Positions 40,295 through 49,253 of a stretch of DNA of 64,000 bases are shown here, piece after piece (the first letter of the stretch is position 1; each line of letters starts with the position of its first letter). A model generated the notes under the pieces. It was not told the origin of the DNA, did not search any database, and saw nothing but the letters and a program-made list of their open reading frames with translations. The position numbers and the translations under genes are program-made. Source of the stretch: an uncultured Pelagibacteraceae bacterium (GTDB lineage: Bacteria > Pseudomonadota > Alphaproteobacteria > Pelagibacterales > Pelagibacteraceae); assembly GCA_902576815.1 (NCBI GenBank), contig CACGWQ010000005.1, forward strand, positions 887 to 64,886. Direction: 5' to 3'.

Positions 40295-41076
40295 CCGCCT
40301 AGGAATAGACGTCCAACATCATCATTTTTAAGTAAATCATCACCTCTTCCTGCTATTGCCGTTTGTCCAGATACTAATACATATCCAATATCAGAAAACT
40401 CTAAACCTTTTTTGGCATTTTGCTCAACTAGAATAATTGTTTTCTTTTCATTTTTTTGTAAATCTCCCAAAATTTCAAATACCATATCAATATATCTTGG
40501 TTCCAATCCAATAGAAGGCTCATCAACTAATAGAACAGAAGGTTTCATTACTAAAGCTCTTGATATTTCTAATAATCTTCTTTCACCACCTGATAAAACT
40601 TTTGCTGGTTGATTTCTTCTATTTCTTAATCTTTCATATTTATCTAAAATCTTTTCCGCTTCTTGATATGACTCTTCTGTTTTATCTTTAATAAAACCAC
40701 CCATTAATAAATTTTCCTCTACAGTCATATCTGGAAAAACTGAGTTATCTTGCAGAATATAAGCTATACCAACTGACTTCAATTTTTCAGCTGGAGTTAA
40801 ATTAGTAATTTCTTTTCCATCGATTTCTATTTTACCTGAGAAAATATTTGTAAACCCATATATTGAATGAAGTATTGTTGATTTACCAGCTCCATTAGGA
40901 CCAATTAAGCATAATGATTGTGCTTTACTTACAAACAAATCAAAATTATGTAAAATTTCCATTTTACCATATCCGGCATTTAAATTTTTTATAGTTAAAT
41001 GAATATCTTCAGAGGATAAGTTTTTTAAATCTTCTGCACCAGGTGCTTTTCCTAAAACTTCATATTGATTAGACAT
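40291..41076 (-). CDS. livF: LivF-type ABC ATPase (second system)
   Basis: GPNGAGKST, LSGGERR, VEQNA. Confidence 0.9.
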   Translation of the reverse strand: MSNQYEVLGKAPGAEDLKNLSSEDIHLTIKNLNAGYGKMEILHNFDLFVSKAQSLCLIGPNGAGKSTILHSIYGFTNIFSGKIEIDGKEITNLTPAEKLKSVGIAYILQDNSVFPDMTVEENLLMGGFIKDKTEESYQEAEKILDKYERLRNRRNQPAKVLSGGERRLLEISRALVMKPSVLLVDEPSIGLEPRYIDMVFEILGDLQKNEKKTIILVEQNAKKGLEFSDIGYVLVSGQTAIAGRGDDLLKNDDVGRLFLGG

Positions 41077-41816
41077 TATTGAGCTCCCAAATATGCATCT
41101 ACTACTCTTTTGTCATTTTTAATCTCTTCTGGAGTGCCATTTGCAAGCATTTTGCCATGAGCAAGACAAAATATGTCTTCAGCTAATTGCATAATTACTC
41201 TCATATTGTGCTCAATAACCAGCAATGTTATTCCAAAATCTTGATTAACTTTTATTAGTCTATCAATAATTCCATTAATTAAAGTAGGATTTATACCTGC
41301 TGTTGGTTCATCTAATAATAGCATTTCTGGTTCATTCATTAATGCCATTGCAAGTTCTAATAACTTTTGTTGTCCAAAAGATAAGTCTCCTGCTCTAAGT
41401 TTTCTTTTTTGATACAAGCCAACAAAATTAAGTAAATTTTCTGCTTTTTCTGTAAGCTCTTTTGGAATTTTTGAGAATATTTTAAACAAACTTTCATCAC
41501 TACCTTTGTGACTGATAAGCATATTATCTACACAATTTAATTTTCCATAAATTCTAGTTTGCTGAAATGTTCTTAATAATCCCAGTTTTGCAATTACTGG
41601 TACTGGAAATTCTGATACTTCTTTTCCATTAAACTTAATTGAACCATTGTCTATTGGATAAGTGCCGACAATTGAATTAAATAAAGTAGTTTTTCCTGAT
41701 CCATTAGGTCCTATAAGACCAACTATCTTTCCTTTTTCAACCGACATTGAAATATCTACATTAGCTTTTACACCTCCGAATGATTTACTTACGTTGTTTA
41801 CTTCTAAAATACTCAT
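41076..41816 (-). CDS. livG: LivG-type ABC ATPase (second system)
   Basis: FGGVKA, GPNGSGKTT, LSFGQQK, IEHNM, DAYLG. Confidence 0.9.
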   Translation of the reverse strand: MSILEVNNVSKSFGGVKANVDISMSVEKGKIVGLIGPNGSGKTTLFNSIVGTYPIDNGSIKFNGKEVSEFPVPVIAKLGLLRTFQQTRIYGKLNCVDNMLISHKGSDESLFKIFSKIPKELTEKAENLLNFVGLYQKRKLRAGDLSFGQQKLLELAMALMNEPEMLLLDEPTAGINPTLINGIIDRLIKVNQDFGITLLVIEHNMRVIMQLAEDIFCLAHGKMLANGTPEEIKNDKRVVDAYLGAQ

Positions 41817-42865
41817 TTTAATTCTATCTGTGCTTTTCGATCAGCTTCATCGACAACTTCACCAAATCTTTCTGGATATTTTTCTCTTAACCATCCCATT
41901 AATCCCTCTGGGAAATAAATTACTATCACTACGATTAAAACTCCTAAAGCAACATACTGCCAACCAAGGAAGAATGTCCAAAAACCCTCTTTAAAAAAGT
42001 GAAATAAAGTTGCACCGATAATTGGTCCCCATAAAGTTCCTTTGCCTCCTAGGATTGCCATTAAAACCATAAATACACCCATTTCTCTTCCATCAAATGC
42101 AACATCAGTTGAGTCTATATAACCAACTAGACCTCCCATTATTCCACCAGCAAGACCACAAAAGAAAGCTGAAATCATCCATCCAGTTATTTTGTATTTC
42201 ATAGTCTCAATTCCCATTGCTTCAGCTTTATCTTCATTATCTCTGATTGCATTCAGAATTAATCTAAACCTTGTTGTGTAAATTGCTCGTACAGCAATGA
42301 AAGTAAGTACGAGTGCTCCAAAACTTAAAAAATAAAAAAACTCACCTCTTGCCTCAAGACCTCCTATGTTTGGAAAAGGAGGGGTAGTAAAGCCCTGTCC
42401 AGCGCCGATAATTTCAATACCTCCAGAAATTTCACCTGCTGCAACTCCTAAACCCAATGTACAAATTGCAAAATAATGACCTCTTAATCCTAAAATTGCA
42501 TAACCAATTAATCCTGCAACTATTGTAGGAACTACCGCAGCAACTACAAGACCCGCTGCCATGCCTTGGAAAAATTGCGAAGGTGTATGAACGAAAGTTT
42601 TTTCACCACCACTTTCAGTCCACTCAGCCAATGGAAAGAACATACCAACTTGAACAGATGCACAAAGATACATTCCCAAACCATAAAAAAGAATATTTCC
42701 AAATGTATTGTAGCCCATTTCTCCACCTTGGATATTCCATGTAGTTGCAAGGACAATTAATACACACAGAATTGATAATTGAACCTTAAAAGCTGGAAAA
42801 ATAAATGGTGCAACTAAACCGAATACTAAAATTCCAATATACAAGATCCAACTATTTTTGTTCAT
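41813..42865 (-). CDS. livM: LivM-type ABC permease (second system)
   Basis: LRGHYFAICTL, AIRDNEDKAEAMG, ILGGKGTLWGP. Confidence 0.9.
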   Translation of the reverse strand: MNKNSWILYIGILVFGLVAPFIFPAFKVQLSILCVLIVLATTWNIQGGEMGYNTFGNILFYGLGMYLCASVQVGMFFPLAEWTESGGEKTFVHTPSQFFQGMAAGLVVAAVVPTIVAGLIGYAILGLRGHYFAICTLGLGVAAGEISGGIEIIGAGQGFTTPPFPNIGGLEARGEFFYFLSFGALVLTFIAVRAIYTTRFRLILNAIRDNEDKAEAMGIETMKYKITGWMISAFFCGLAGGIMGGLVGYIDSTDVAFDGREMGVFMVLMAILGGKGTLWGPIIGATLFHFFKEGFWTFFLGWQYVALGVLIVVIVIYFPEGLMGWLREKYPERFGEVVDEADRKAQIELK

Positions 42866-43034
42866 ACAAACTCTCTATTTTATCTCTAAAATCTTTATCA
42901 ACTGTAAAATAATGTCCATTTTCTTCATGAAGACTAGATCCTGTTGAATGATATTGATCTAAATGTTTTTTAAATTTGACAATATCCACTTCTATCAATT
43001 TGCCATTATCATCCTTAATTTTAGCTTTTTTCAC
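42852..43034 (-). CDS. Small hypothetical protein (60 aa, His-containing) inside the liv operon
   Basis: ATG overlaps the livH stop codon and the 3' end overlaps the livM start; fills the livH-livM gap exactly. Confidence 0.7.
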   Translation of the reverse strand: MKKAKIKDDNGKLIEVDIVKFKKHLDQYHSTGSSLHEENGHYFTVDKDFRDKIESLYEQK

Positions 43035-43924
43035 TTTAAATACTCTCTCTTTCTTGAGAGTTTAAATCTTCTGTAAACTAAAATTAAAACTAATAATAAA
43101 AATACTGAACCAATTCTAAATTCTGTTCCAAGAATGTAATCTGCAAATTCTTCAAATATTCCTAATCCCATACCTGACATAGCTACTCCAGGTAAATTTC
43201 CTAATCCTGCAACAATTACAATCATAAATGATCTTATAGTGTATGGTAATCCCATATAAGGATGAATTGTAAAAGTTATTGAAATTAAAGCTCCAGCTAC
43301 ACCGCATAATGCAGCATTTATTCCAAATGTTGCTGCATAAACTTTTTCTGTATCAACGCCTAAAATCTTTGCTGCTCTTGCATTTTGAGCTGTTGCTCTT
43401 ATTGCACGTCCTAATTTTGATCTTTTCATATAAACTACTAAACAAATTGCAAAGACAATACTTATAAAAGCAGAAAATATTTTAGAGTTTGGTAAAACAA
43501 CATTATTATCAAATAGCATTGTAGTTCCATAACCAGAATTAGCTAAAACAACGTCTGCTCCAAATGCGAAGTTCATTAATTGCATGAAAAGAATACTAAT
43601 TCCAAATGTTGCTAATATTGAAATAAAGAGATCTCTGTCTACAACTTTATTTATAACTAACTTATAAATTGCAATTCCAACAAAATACATAATTATAGGA
43701 GAAACAATTACTCCCCAGGCTGGATGAATGCCGTAGAGATACATAAAGTATGCAATGTATCCTCCTAAGATTACAAGGTCTCCCTGTGCAATGTTTATTA
43801 TATTCATGACACCCCATTGCAGTGCCATTCCATAAGCGATTAATGCAAAAAGTATTCCAAGTAAAAGTCCATCAAGACATGCTTGAATGGTTATCATTGG
43901 ATATTGGAAGACTAAAAAATCCAT
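43031..43924 (-). CDS. livH: LivH-type ABC permease (second system)
   Basis: WGVMNIINIAQG, GRAIRATAQN, AGLGNLPG. Confidence 0.9.
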   Translation of the reverse strand: MDFLVFQYPMITIQACLDGLLLGILFALIAYGMALQWGVMNIINIAQGDLVILGGYIAYFMYLYGIHPAWGVIVSPIIMYFVGIAIYKLVINKVVDRDLFISILATFGISILFMQLMNFAFGADVVLANSGYGTTMLFDNNVVLPNSKIFSAFISIVFAICLVVYMKRSKLGRAIRATAQNARAAKILGVDTEKVYAATFGINAALCGVAGALISITFTIHPYMGLPYTIRSFMIVIVAGLGNLPGVAMSGMGLGIFEEFADYILGTEFRIGSVFLLLVLILVYRRFKLSRKREYLK

Positions 43925-43944
43925 AGTTTAATTTTGATATCTAT

Positions 43945-43974
43945 AAAAAAAAGCCCCCTATTTCTAGGAGGCTT
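43945..43974 (-). terminator. Intra-operon rho-independent terminator after the binding-protein gene
   Basis: Minus strand aagcctccta-gaaa-tagggggctt followed by a U tract. Confidence 0.8.
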
Positions 43975-43986
43975 AATTATTTTTTT

Positions 43987-45225
43987 TTATCTTTCAGACC
44001 ACTTTGGTACTGGGTGTATTAACTCAGCTGAAGCCCATTTTAATGGAGCAACAACTTTATTTTCACACTTACCAGCATCATCACACATTACTTGGAAAAG
44101 TACCATTGGTTTGTCAACATTTTGACCACCAGGTGCAAATTTAATATTTCCATAGAATGTTTGCATGTTAGTTGCAGCAAGAGCATCTCTTACTTTTTTC
44201 TGATCAAAAGTATTTGCTCTTTCAAAAGCATCTTTAAATACTAACAATGCAGCTGAAGACTCTGCAGATTGATATGGTGGATCATAGCCAAATTCTTTTT
44301 CAAAATCTGCCGCATATGTCATACCATCTTTAAAGAAATCATCTTTGTAAGTTAATGTTTTGTGCCATTGAGAAGCGCATAATGCATATTGAGAATTTTT
44401 ACCGTGTTGCTTTGATAATTTTGCAGCATCACAGTGTGTCATTGCCAACATTGGAACATCAACTTTCATTTCTGAAATTTGTCTTATTGCTGTCAAAGCT
44501 CCTTTTGTATGACCTGAAACAACCAATACATCTGGCTTCATTTGTTTTACCTTAACTAAAGTAGCAGCCATATCATTAAGCTCTTTTGGAAGTTTATCGT
44601 CGATTATAATTTCAGATCCAGTTTCTTTAGCAGCATCTAAAATACCTAATCTTACGTCTTGCGAAAATGCATCTTGCTCAAAAGCTTGTGCAATTCTTAC
44701 ACCTTTACCACCATTTAATTCAACAGCTGTTCTTATTGCTACATCAAGATACAAGTTTGCTGGTGCTAATACCGCAAATAGATATTTGTAACCTTTCGTA
44801 AACAAAGATCTAGAAGCACCGTTAGCCTCAACCATTGGTACACCATATTTTTCTGTTACTGGTGCGATCGCTTTTGTCAAACCTGAACTGTAAGGCCCAA
44901 GCATGAACTCTACTTTATCTTGTGAGATTAATCTTTCTGCTAGCTGAGCTGCTCTTTTTGGGTTTGACTCATCATCGTAATAAATAATATCAAACTTATA
45001 AGTTTTTCCTCCAACTTTTACTCCACCCATGCTGTTAATTCTGTCAACAGCCATGTTATAGCCGTTTTGAGTATGAACACCATTAGATGAATATTTTCCT
45101 GTTAAAGAAATTGCAGCACCTAAAATAATCTTATCTCCAACAACTTTTGCAAATGATACAACAGAAGTTGAAAATAATAATGCTATTGCAGAAACAAATG
45201 TAATTAAAATGTTTTTTATTTTCAT
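43987..45225 (-). CDS. LivJ/LivK-family ABC substrate-binding protein (second system)
   Basis: Signal peptide, ISLTGKYS, YDDES, LGPYSSGLT; GGGGA RBS. Confidence 0.9.
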   Translation of the reverse strand: MKIKNILITFVSAIALLFSTSVVSFAKVVGDKIILGAAISLTGKYSSNGVHTQNGYNMAVDRINSMGGVKVGGKTYKFDIIYYDDESNPKRAAQLAERLISQDKVEFMLGPYSSGLTKAIAPVTEKYGVPMVEANGASRSLFTKGYKYLFAVLAPANLYLDVAIRTAVELNGGKGVRIAQAFEQDAFSQDVRLGILDAAKETGSEIIIDDKLPKELNDMAATLVKVKQMKPDVLVVSGHTKGALTAIRQISEMKVDVPMLAMTHCDAAKLSKQHGKNSQYALCASQWHKTLTYKDDFFKDGMTYAADFEKEFGYDPPYQSAESSAALLVFKDAFERANTFDQKKVRDALAATNMQTFYGNIKFAPGGQNVDKPMVLFQVMCDDAGKCENKVVAPLKWASAELIHPVPKWSER

Positions 45226-45309
45226 TTATTCCCCTTTTATTAATTAATAAGTTTAAAATTAATAACAAAATTTATTTAATTGCAAGTGGGAGTAGTAACG
45301 CAATATAAC

Positions 45310-45924
45310 TTAGTATTTTTGAGTAAATGCAATAATTATTGCGATTAAAATTATTACACAAGCAGAAATTGTATTTATGATTTTAGGATTAGCTTTAATC
45401 CAAACAATTAACTTGTTAGCTAAGACTGCATATCCAACCAAAGATAGAAAATCTAATACTACGTAAGTTGTAATTAAAATAATAAACTGAATAATATAAT
45501 TAGAATTAAAATCAATAAATTGTGGAAATATAAATGGAAAAAACATCCACGCCTTAGGACTTGTTCCCGCAACTAAAAAACCATCTTTATAAAATGAAAA
45601 GAATTTTTTGTCAGAAATTTCTTTGGTATTTATATCTTTAGGTTTAGATTTATAAATATCATATGCAAGATAAGTTAAATATGCGATACCTAGCCATTTT
45701 AAAGTATTTAATATTGTTGGATTATCAGACAAAAAAGATCCAATAACAAAAATTACCAATGTTGCTTGAATTATGTTTGCAGTTACATCTCCTAACGCAG
45801 TCCAAACACATTTTTGAACACCATAATTCATAGAATAAGAAATAATTACAATTCTAGGTGTTCCAGGAGTTATGAACATAAAAATGATGATCTGCAAAAA
45901 AAGGATAAAATCTAAAGGAAGCAT
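45310..45924 (-). CDS. rhtB: LysE/RhtB family translocator
   Basis: FITPGTP, LKWLGIAYLTYLA, GFLVAGTSPKA. Confidence 0.82.
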   Translation of the reverse strand: MLPLDFILFLQIIIFMFITPGTPRIVIISYSMNYGVQKCVWTALGDVTANIIQATLVIFVIGSFLSDNPTILNTLKWLGIAYLTYLAYDIYKSKPKDINTKEISDKKFFSFYKDGFLVAGTSPKAWMFFPFIFPQFIDFNSNYIIQFIILITTYVVLDFLSLVGYAVLANKLIVWIKANPKIINTISACVIILIAIIIAFTQKY

Positions 45925-45930
45925 TTTAAG

Positions 45931-45977
45931 GATAGTCCTAAAAAACCGGGAGCTAAAGATGGCTAGATAGGACTATC
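45931..45977 (-). promoter_or_regulatory. Leader stem-loop immediately 5' of rhtB, candidate cis-regulatory RNA
   Basis: Perfect 10-bp inverted repeat gatagtccta (45931-45940) / taggactatc (45968-45977) with a 27-nt loop. The 3' arm carries AGGA and ends 6 nt before the ATG. Confidence 0.65.
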
Positions 45978-46041
45978 TAAAAGTGATAATATCATAGCCT
46001 TAGGTATTTGCATTAAAATAATTTTAGCAATTTATTGAATT

Positions 46042-46341
46042 TTGATGAAAAAAAGTCACAGACCCAGAACAAGAGTTAAAAATCCAGAACCACCATCTAA
46101 TAGTCCAGAATGGGTTATATGGGCTGCATGGGCAGATAGAATTACTTTCGAGGAAATTGAACAAAAGACTGGAAAGTCTGAAAGTGAAGTAATAAAGATA
46201 ATGCGAAGATCTCTAAAACCATCCTCATTTAGACTTTGGAGAAAACGTGTAAATTCTCAAAGTATAAAACATAGAAAAAAATTTGAGTATTCAAGAAAAT
46301 TAATAAAAGCAAAGATAAATAAAAATGATTTCATGCTATAG
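46042..46341 (+). CDS. TIGR03643/DUF2805-like conserved protein
   Basis: AWADRITFEEI...EVIKIMRRSLKPSSFRLWRKRV pattern; true start probably ATG 46045. Confidence 0.78.
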   Translation: MMKKSHRPRTRVKNPEPPSNSPEWVIWAAWADRITFEEIEQKTGKSESEVIKIMRRSLKPSSFRLWRKRVNSQSIKHRKKFEYSRKLIKAKINKNDFML

Positions 46342-46372
46342 TAATTTTTCAATATAAGCATATATAAGTCGT

Positions 46373-46627
46373 ATGAAAATAATTACTGTATACTCTGGAC
46401 CGATGTGTAATTTTTGTGATGCCGCAAAAAGATTACTATCGAGAAATAAATTGGAATATCAAGAGATAGATATATCTAAAGGACCAAACATTAGAGAGGA
46501 AATGATTGAAAAATCGAACGGTCGAAGAACAATTCCTCAAATATTTTTTAATGAAGAGCACATCGGTGGATATCAAGAACTTCGTGAATTAGAAAAATCT
46601 GGAAATCTTTTTTCTTCTTTAGAATAA
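46373..46627 (+). CDS. grxC: Glutaredoxin 3
   Basis: CNFC, RRTIPQIF, HIGG. Confidence 0.92.
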   Translation: MKIITVYSGPMCNFCDAAKRLLSRNKLEYQEIDISKGPNIREEMIEKSNGRRTIPQIFFNEEHIGGYQELRELEKSGNLFSSLE

Positions 46628-46633
46628 TTTTTT

Positions 46634-47410
46634 TTATTCGATTGTTGCAGTAAAGACCGGCTCCTCAGCCCAAATATTACAAACTGTTCCGACAACATCA
46701 TTTGCTGATAAGGCTTCAGCAGTACCAAACTTCATGGTAACTTTTGGTGGTTTTGTCGTAACTGTATATGGTTTAGTTAGTGCATATATTAAAACTGTTG
46801 AGTCATCATCAGAATCTAAATCAGATTTTTGTGCAGCACAATATGTACAATCACTTCCAGCTGTAGCGGTTCCAACTAAGCCTCCACAAGTAGAATTTAC
46901 ACACGTAATAACTTGATTATCACCATGATTCATTAAGTATACTCTTGTTTCAGCTGAAGCTGATCCGGTTCCTTCATCAAAAGCTCTCTTGTGAGTATAT
47001 TTTCTTGCAGACTCTGATGTTCCATATTGACTATCAGCATTTGCAACTGTTCTACAAACATCTCCATTATTAGTCTTTAACATTTCACCAGCTTCATCAG
47101 AAGTTTTTACTGTAAATTTTCTATCTATTGTAACTTGCATGTGCGTGTAGGTAGCTCCTAATGGTAATAAGGCAGGATCTCCATATGCACCAGCAACTGC
47201 ACCAGCTCCTACAGATGCAACATCTACTTCTTTATCGCCAGTACCAATAACAACTTTACCGTTACACGTAGTGCCCGAACCTTTTCCTGTACATAATGCA
47301 ACCTGTTTCATTGTAACTTTATATACTGCAGCTTTTCCTACTGCTGCATAAACATTCGATGAGATTGATAAAAGTAAAATAAAGAAGGATATAAATTTAA
47401 TATATTTCAT
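46634..47410 (-). CDS. Secreted Cys-rich beta-type protein, tandem copy A (258 aa)
   Basis: Start MKYIKF at 47410 gives a clean signal peptide (...SNVYA); 8 Cys; paralog of 47464-48240. Confidence 0.82.
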   Translation of the reverse strand: MKYIKFISFFILLLSISSNVYAAVGKAAVYKVTMKQVALCTGKGSGTTCNGKVVIGTGDKEVDVASVGAGAVAGAYGDPALLPLGATYTHMQVTIDRKFTVKTSDEAGEMLKTNNGDVCRTVANADSQYGTSESARKYTHKRAFDEGTGSASAETRVYLMNHGDNQVITCVNSTCGGLVGTATAGSDCTYCAAQKSDLDSDDDSTVLIYALTKPYTVTTKPPKVTMKFGTAEALSANDVVGTVCNIWAEEPVFTATIE

Positions 47411-47463
47411 ATTAATCAACTCTAACAATATTTGCAGAACCGCTAAATTCAACAAAGACTTTA

Positions 47464-48240
47464 TTATTCAATAGTCGCTGTAAAAACTGGCTCTTCAGCC
47501 CATATATTGCAGACGGTTCCTCCTACATCAAAAGCAGACAGTGCTTCGGCAGTTCCAAATTTCATAGTTACTTTTGGTGGTTTTATAGTTACTGTGTATG
47601 GATTAGTAAGTGCATATATTAAAATGGTTGAGTCGTCATCAGAATCTAAATCTGATTTCATTGCAGCACAATAAGTGCAATCACTTCCAGATGTATCAGT
47701 TCCACCAGTTGATCCACAATCAGTAGCAGCACAGAGTGTAACATTATTTGCGCCTTGGTTCATTAAATAAACCCTCATTTCAGCTGAAGCTGATCCGGTT
47801 CCTTCATCAAAAGCTCTCTTGTGAGTATATTTTCTTGCAGACTCTGATGTTCCATATTGCGCATCTGCACTTGCAACTGTTCTACAAACATCTCCATTAT
47901 TAGTCTTTAACATTTCACCAGCTTCATCAGAAGTTTTTACTGTAAATTTTCTATCTATTGTAACTTGCATATGAGTGTATGTTGTACCTAATGGAAGCAA
48001 AGCAGCATTTCCATATGCACCAGCAACTGCACCAGCTCCTACAGATGCAACATCTACTTCTTTATCGCCAGTACCAATAACAACTTTACCGTTACACGTA
48101 GTGCCCGAACCTTTTCCTGTACATAATGCAACCTGTTTCATTGTAACTTTATATACTGCAGCTTTTCCTACTGCTGCATAAACATTCGATGAGATTGATA
48201 AAAGTAAAATAAAGAAGGATATAAATTTAATATATTTCAT
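47464..48240 (-). CDS. Secreted Cys-rich beta-type protein, tandem copy B (258 aa)
   Basis: ATG 48240 is separated by one base from the barrel gene's stop codon; signal peptide; same 8 Cys as copy A. Confidence 0.82.
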   Translation of the reverse strand: MKYIKFISFFILLLSISSNVYAAVGKAAVYKVTMKQVALCTGKGSGTTCNGKVVIGTGDKEVDVASVGAGAVAGAYGNAALLPLGTTYTHMQVTIDRKFTVKTSDEAGEMLKTNNGDVCRTVASADAQYGTSESARKYTHKRAFDEGTGSASAEMRVYLMNQGANNVTLCAATDCGSTGGTDTSGSDCTYCAAMKSDLDSDDDSTILIYALTNPYTVTIKPPKVTMKFGTAEALSAFDVGGTVCNIWAEEPVFTATIE

Positions 48241-48241
48241 A

Positions 48242-49090
48242 TTAATCAGCTCTAACAATATTTGCAGAACCGCTAAATTCAACAAAGACTTTATTATTTC
48301 TTTTTACTTTTGTAAGTAATTCATTTGACATATCTTTTTCACTAAACCAAGGTGTGTTCGCTATTCCATCTTGTGCTGTTGGTCCTTCTTTTGGAGGATG
48401 GAAGAACATTAATTTTGCATACCACTCATCATCTAATCCAGCTCTGTCCTTATCATCGTAAGCTACCTCAAAATTAACATTTGGAGATAGTAATAACTCA
48501 GACCCTATAACAGTTCCCTCAACGTCACTTCGATCTCTGCCATCCCATGAATATGTATCTATAAATCCTTTTGCCCAATGTAAGTATGGAATTTGAGAAG
48601 CTAATCTTAGGTCATATCCATCTAGGACTTTTTCATCGGTTCCATCATCTAAACCTATGTAGTAATTTGTTGTAAATTCGAGCATCGCATTTTTTGCTTC
48701 TCCTCCAATACTAGCTCTTTTGTTTCCATTATCATCAGCATCTAAAAACAAATTTACACCTGTGAATGAAAGTTTATCATCACTTAAATATCGTTTACCA
48801 AAACCAACATTTCCTACTAATCTTTCATCATTATTTTTTTCGGTATTAAACAAAGAGAATTGTGTAAAATAATTTCCATCTTCGCTTCTTTCTAATTCTC
48901 TAACTCCTAAAATGCTGAAGTCCGGTTTATAATTTTCTCTTACATCTATGCTAACCTCGGTTGTGCCTTCACCTGGAACTAAGTTAGAAATATAACTACT
49001 AGCGGTTTCTGCAATTTTTTTTGTAAGATCTTCAGCTTGGCTACTAGAGCAAAGAATGAGAATGGATAAGAATAAAATTATTTTTTTCAT
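48242..49090 (-). CDS. Inverse-autotransporter (intimin/invasin-type) beta-barrel protein without passenger
   Basis: Signal peptide; GNVGFGKRY, GVNLFLD, RASIGGE, NYY, DGYDLRL..QIPYL and linker VKRNNKVFVEF (compare intimin VQRNNNIILEY); ends about 10 aa later. Confidence 0.8.
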   Translation of the reverse strand: MKKIILFLSILILCSSSQAEDLTKKIAETASSYISNLVPGEGTTEVSIDVRENYKPDFSILGVRELERSEDGNYFTQFSLFNTEKNNDERLVGNVGFGKRYLSDDKLSFTGVNLFLDADDNGNKRASIGGEAKNAMLEFTTNYYIGLDDGTDEKVLDGYDLRLASQIPYLHWAKGFIDTYSWDGRDRSDVEGTVIGSELLLSPNVNFEVAYDDKDRAGLDDEWYAKLMFFHPPKEGPTAQDGIANTPWFSEKDMSNELLTKVKRNNKVFVEFSGSANIVRAD

Positions 49091-49253
49091 TAAAAGTTAA
49101 TTTATTAAATTATAAAATGAATACAAACTAAATTTATCCTATATTTAATATTAATTAACAAATTTGAACTCATTATTGCTTGAAAACTGCTTCCGATAAA
49201 TAATTTATTTCTACCAACATTTACAAGGTGCATTTCCTCACCCACATTAGTCT

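Larger units (their letters stand above)
46634..48298. repeat. Tandem direct duplication with 830-bp period
   Basis: 46948-47029=47778-47859, 47041-47140=47871-47970, and 47180-47468 vs 48010-48298 with a single mismatch (47419/48249). Confidence 0.95.

Noticed and set aside
47411-47455. ORF-track N-terminal extension MLNLAVLQILLELIN (also 48241-48285)
   Set aside because: It is an off-frame reading of the barrel gene's 3' end; the ATG at 47410/48240 gives a proper signal peptide
46634-48298. Diversity-generating retroelement (TR/VR pair)
   Set aside because: No reverse transcriptase in the window, both copies are intact full genes, and the differences are not restricted to adenines
49095-49250. 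Possible ~42-codon minus-strand ORF or SAM-V-like TTTGAACT between msrB and the barrel gene
   Set aside because: The RBS-like GAGGA is too close to the ATG and the peptide is unrecognisable; the SAM-V-like word is on the strand with no downstream gene and lacks the pairing
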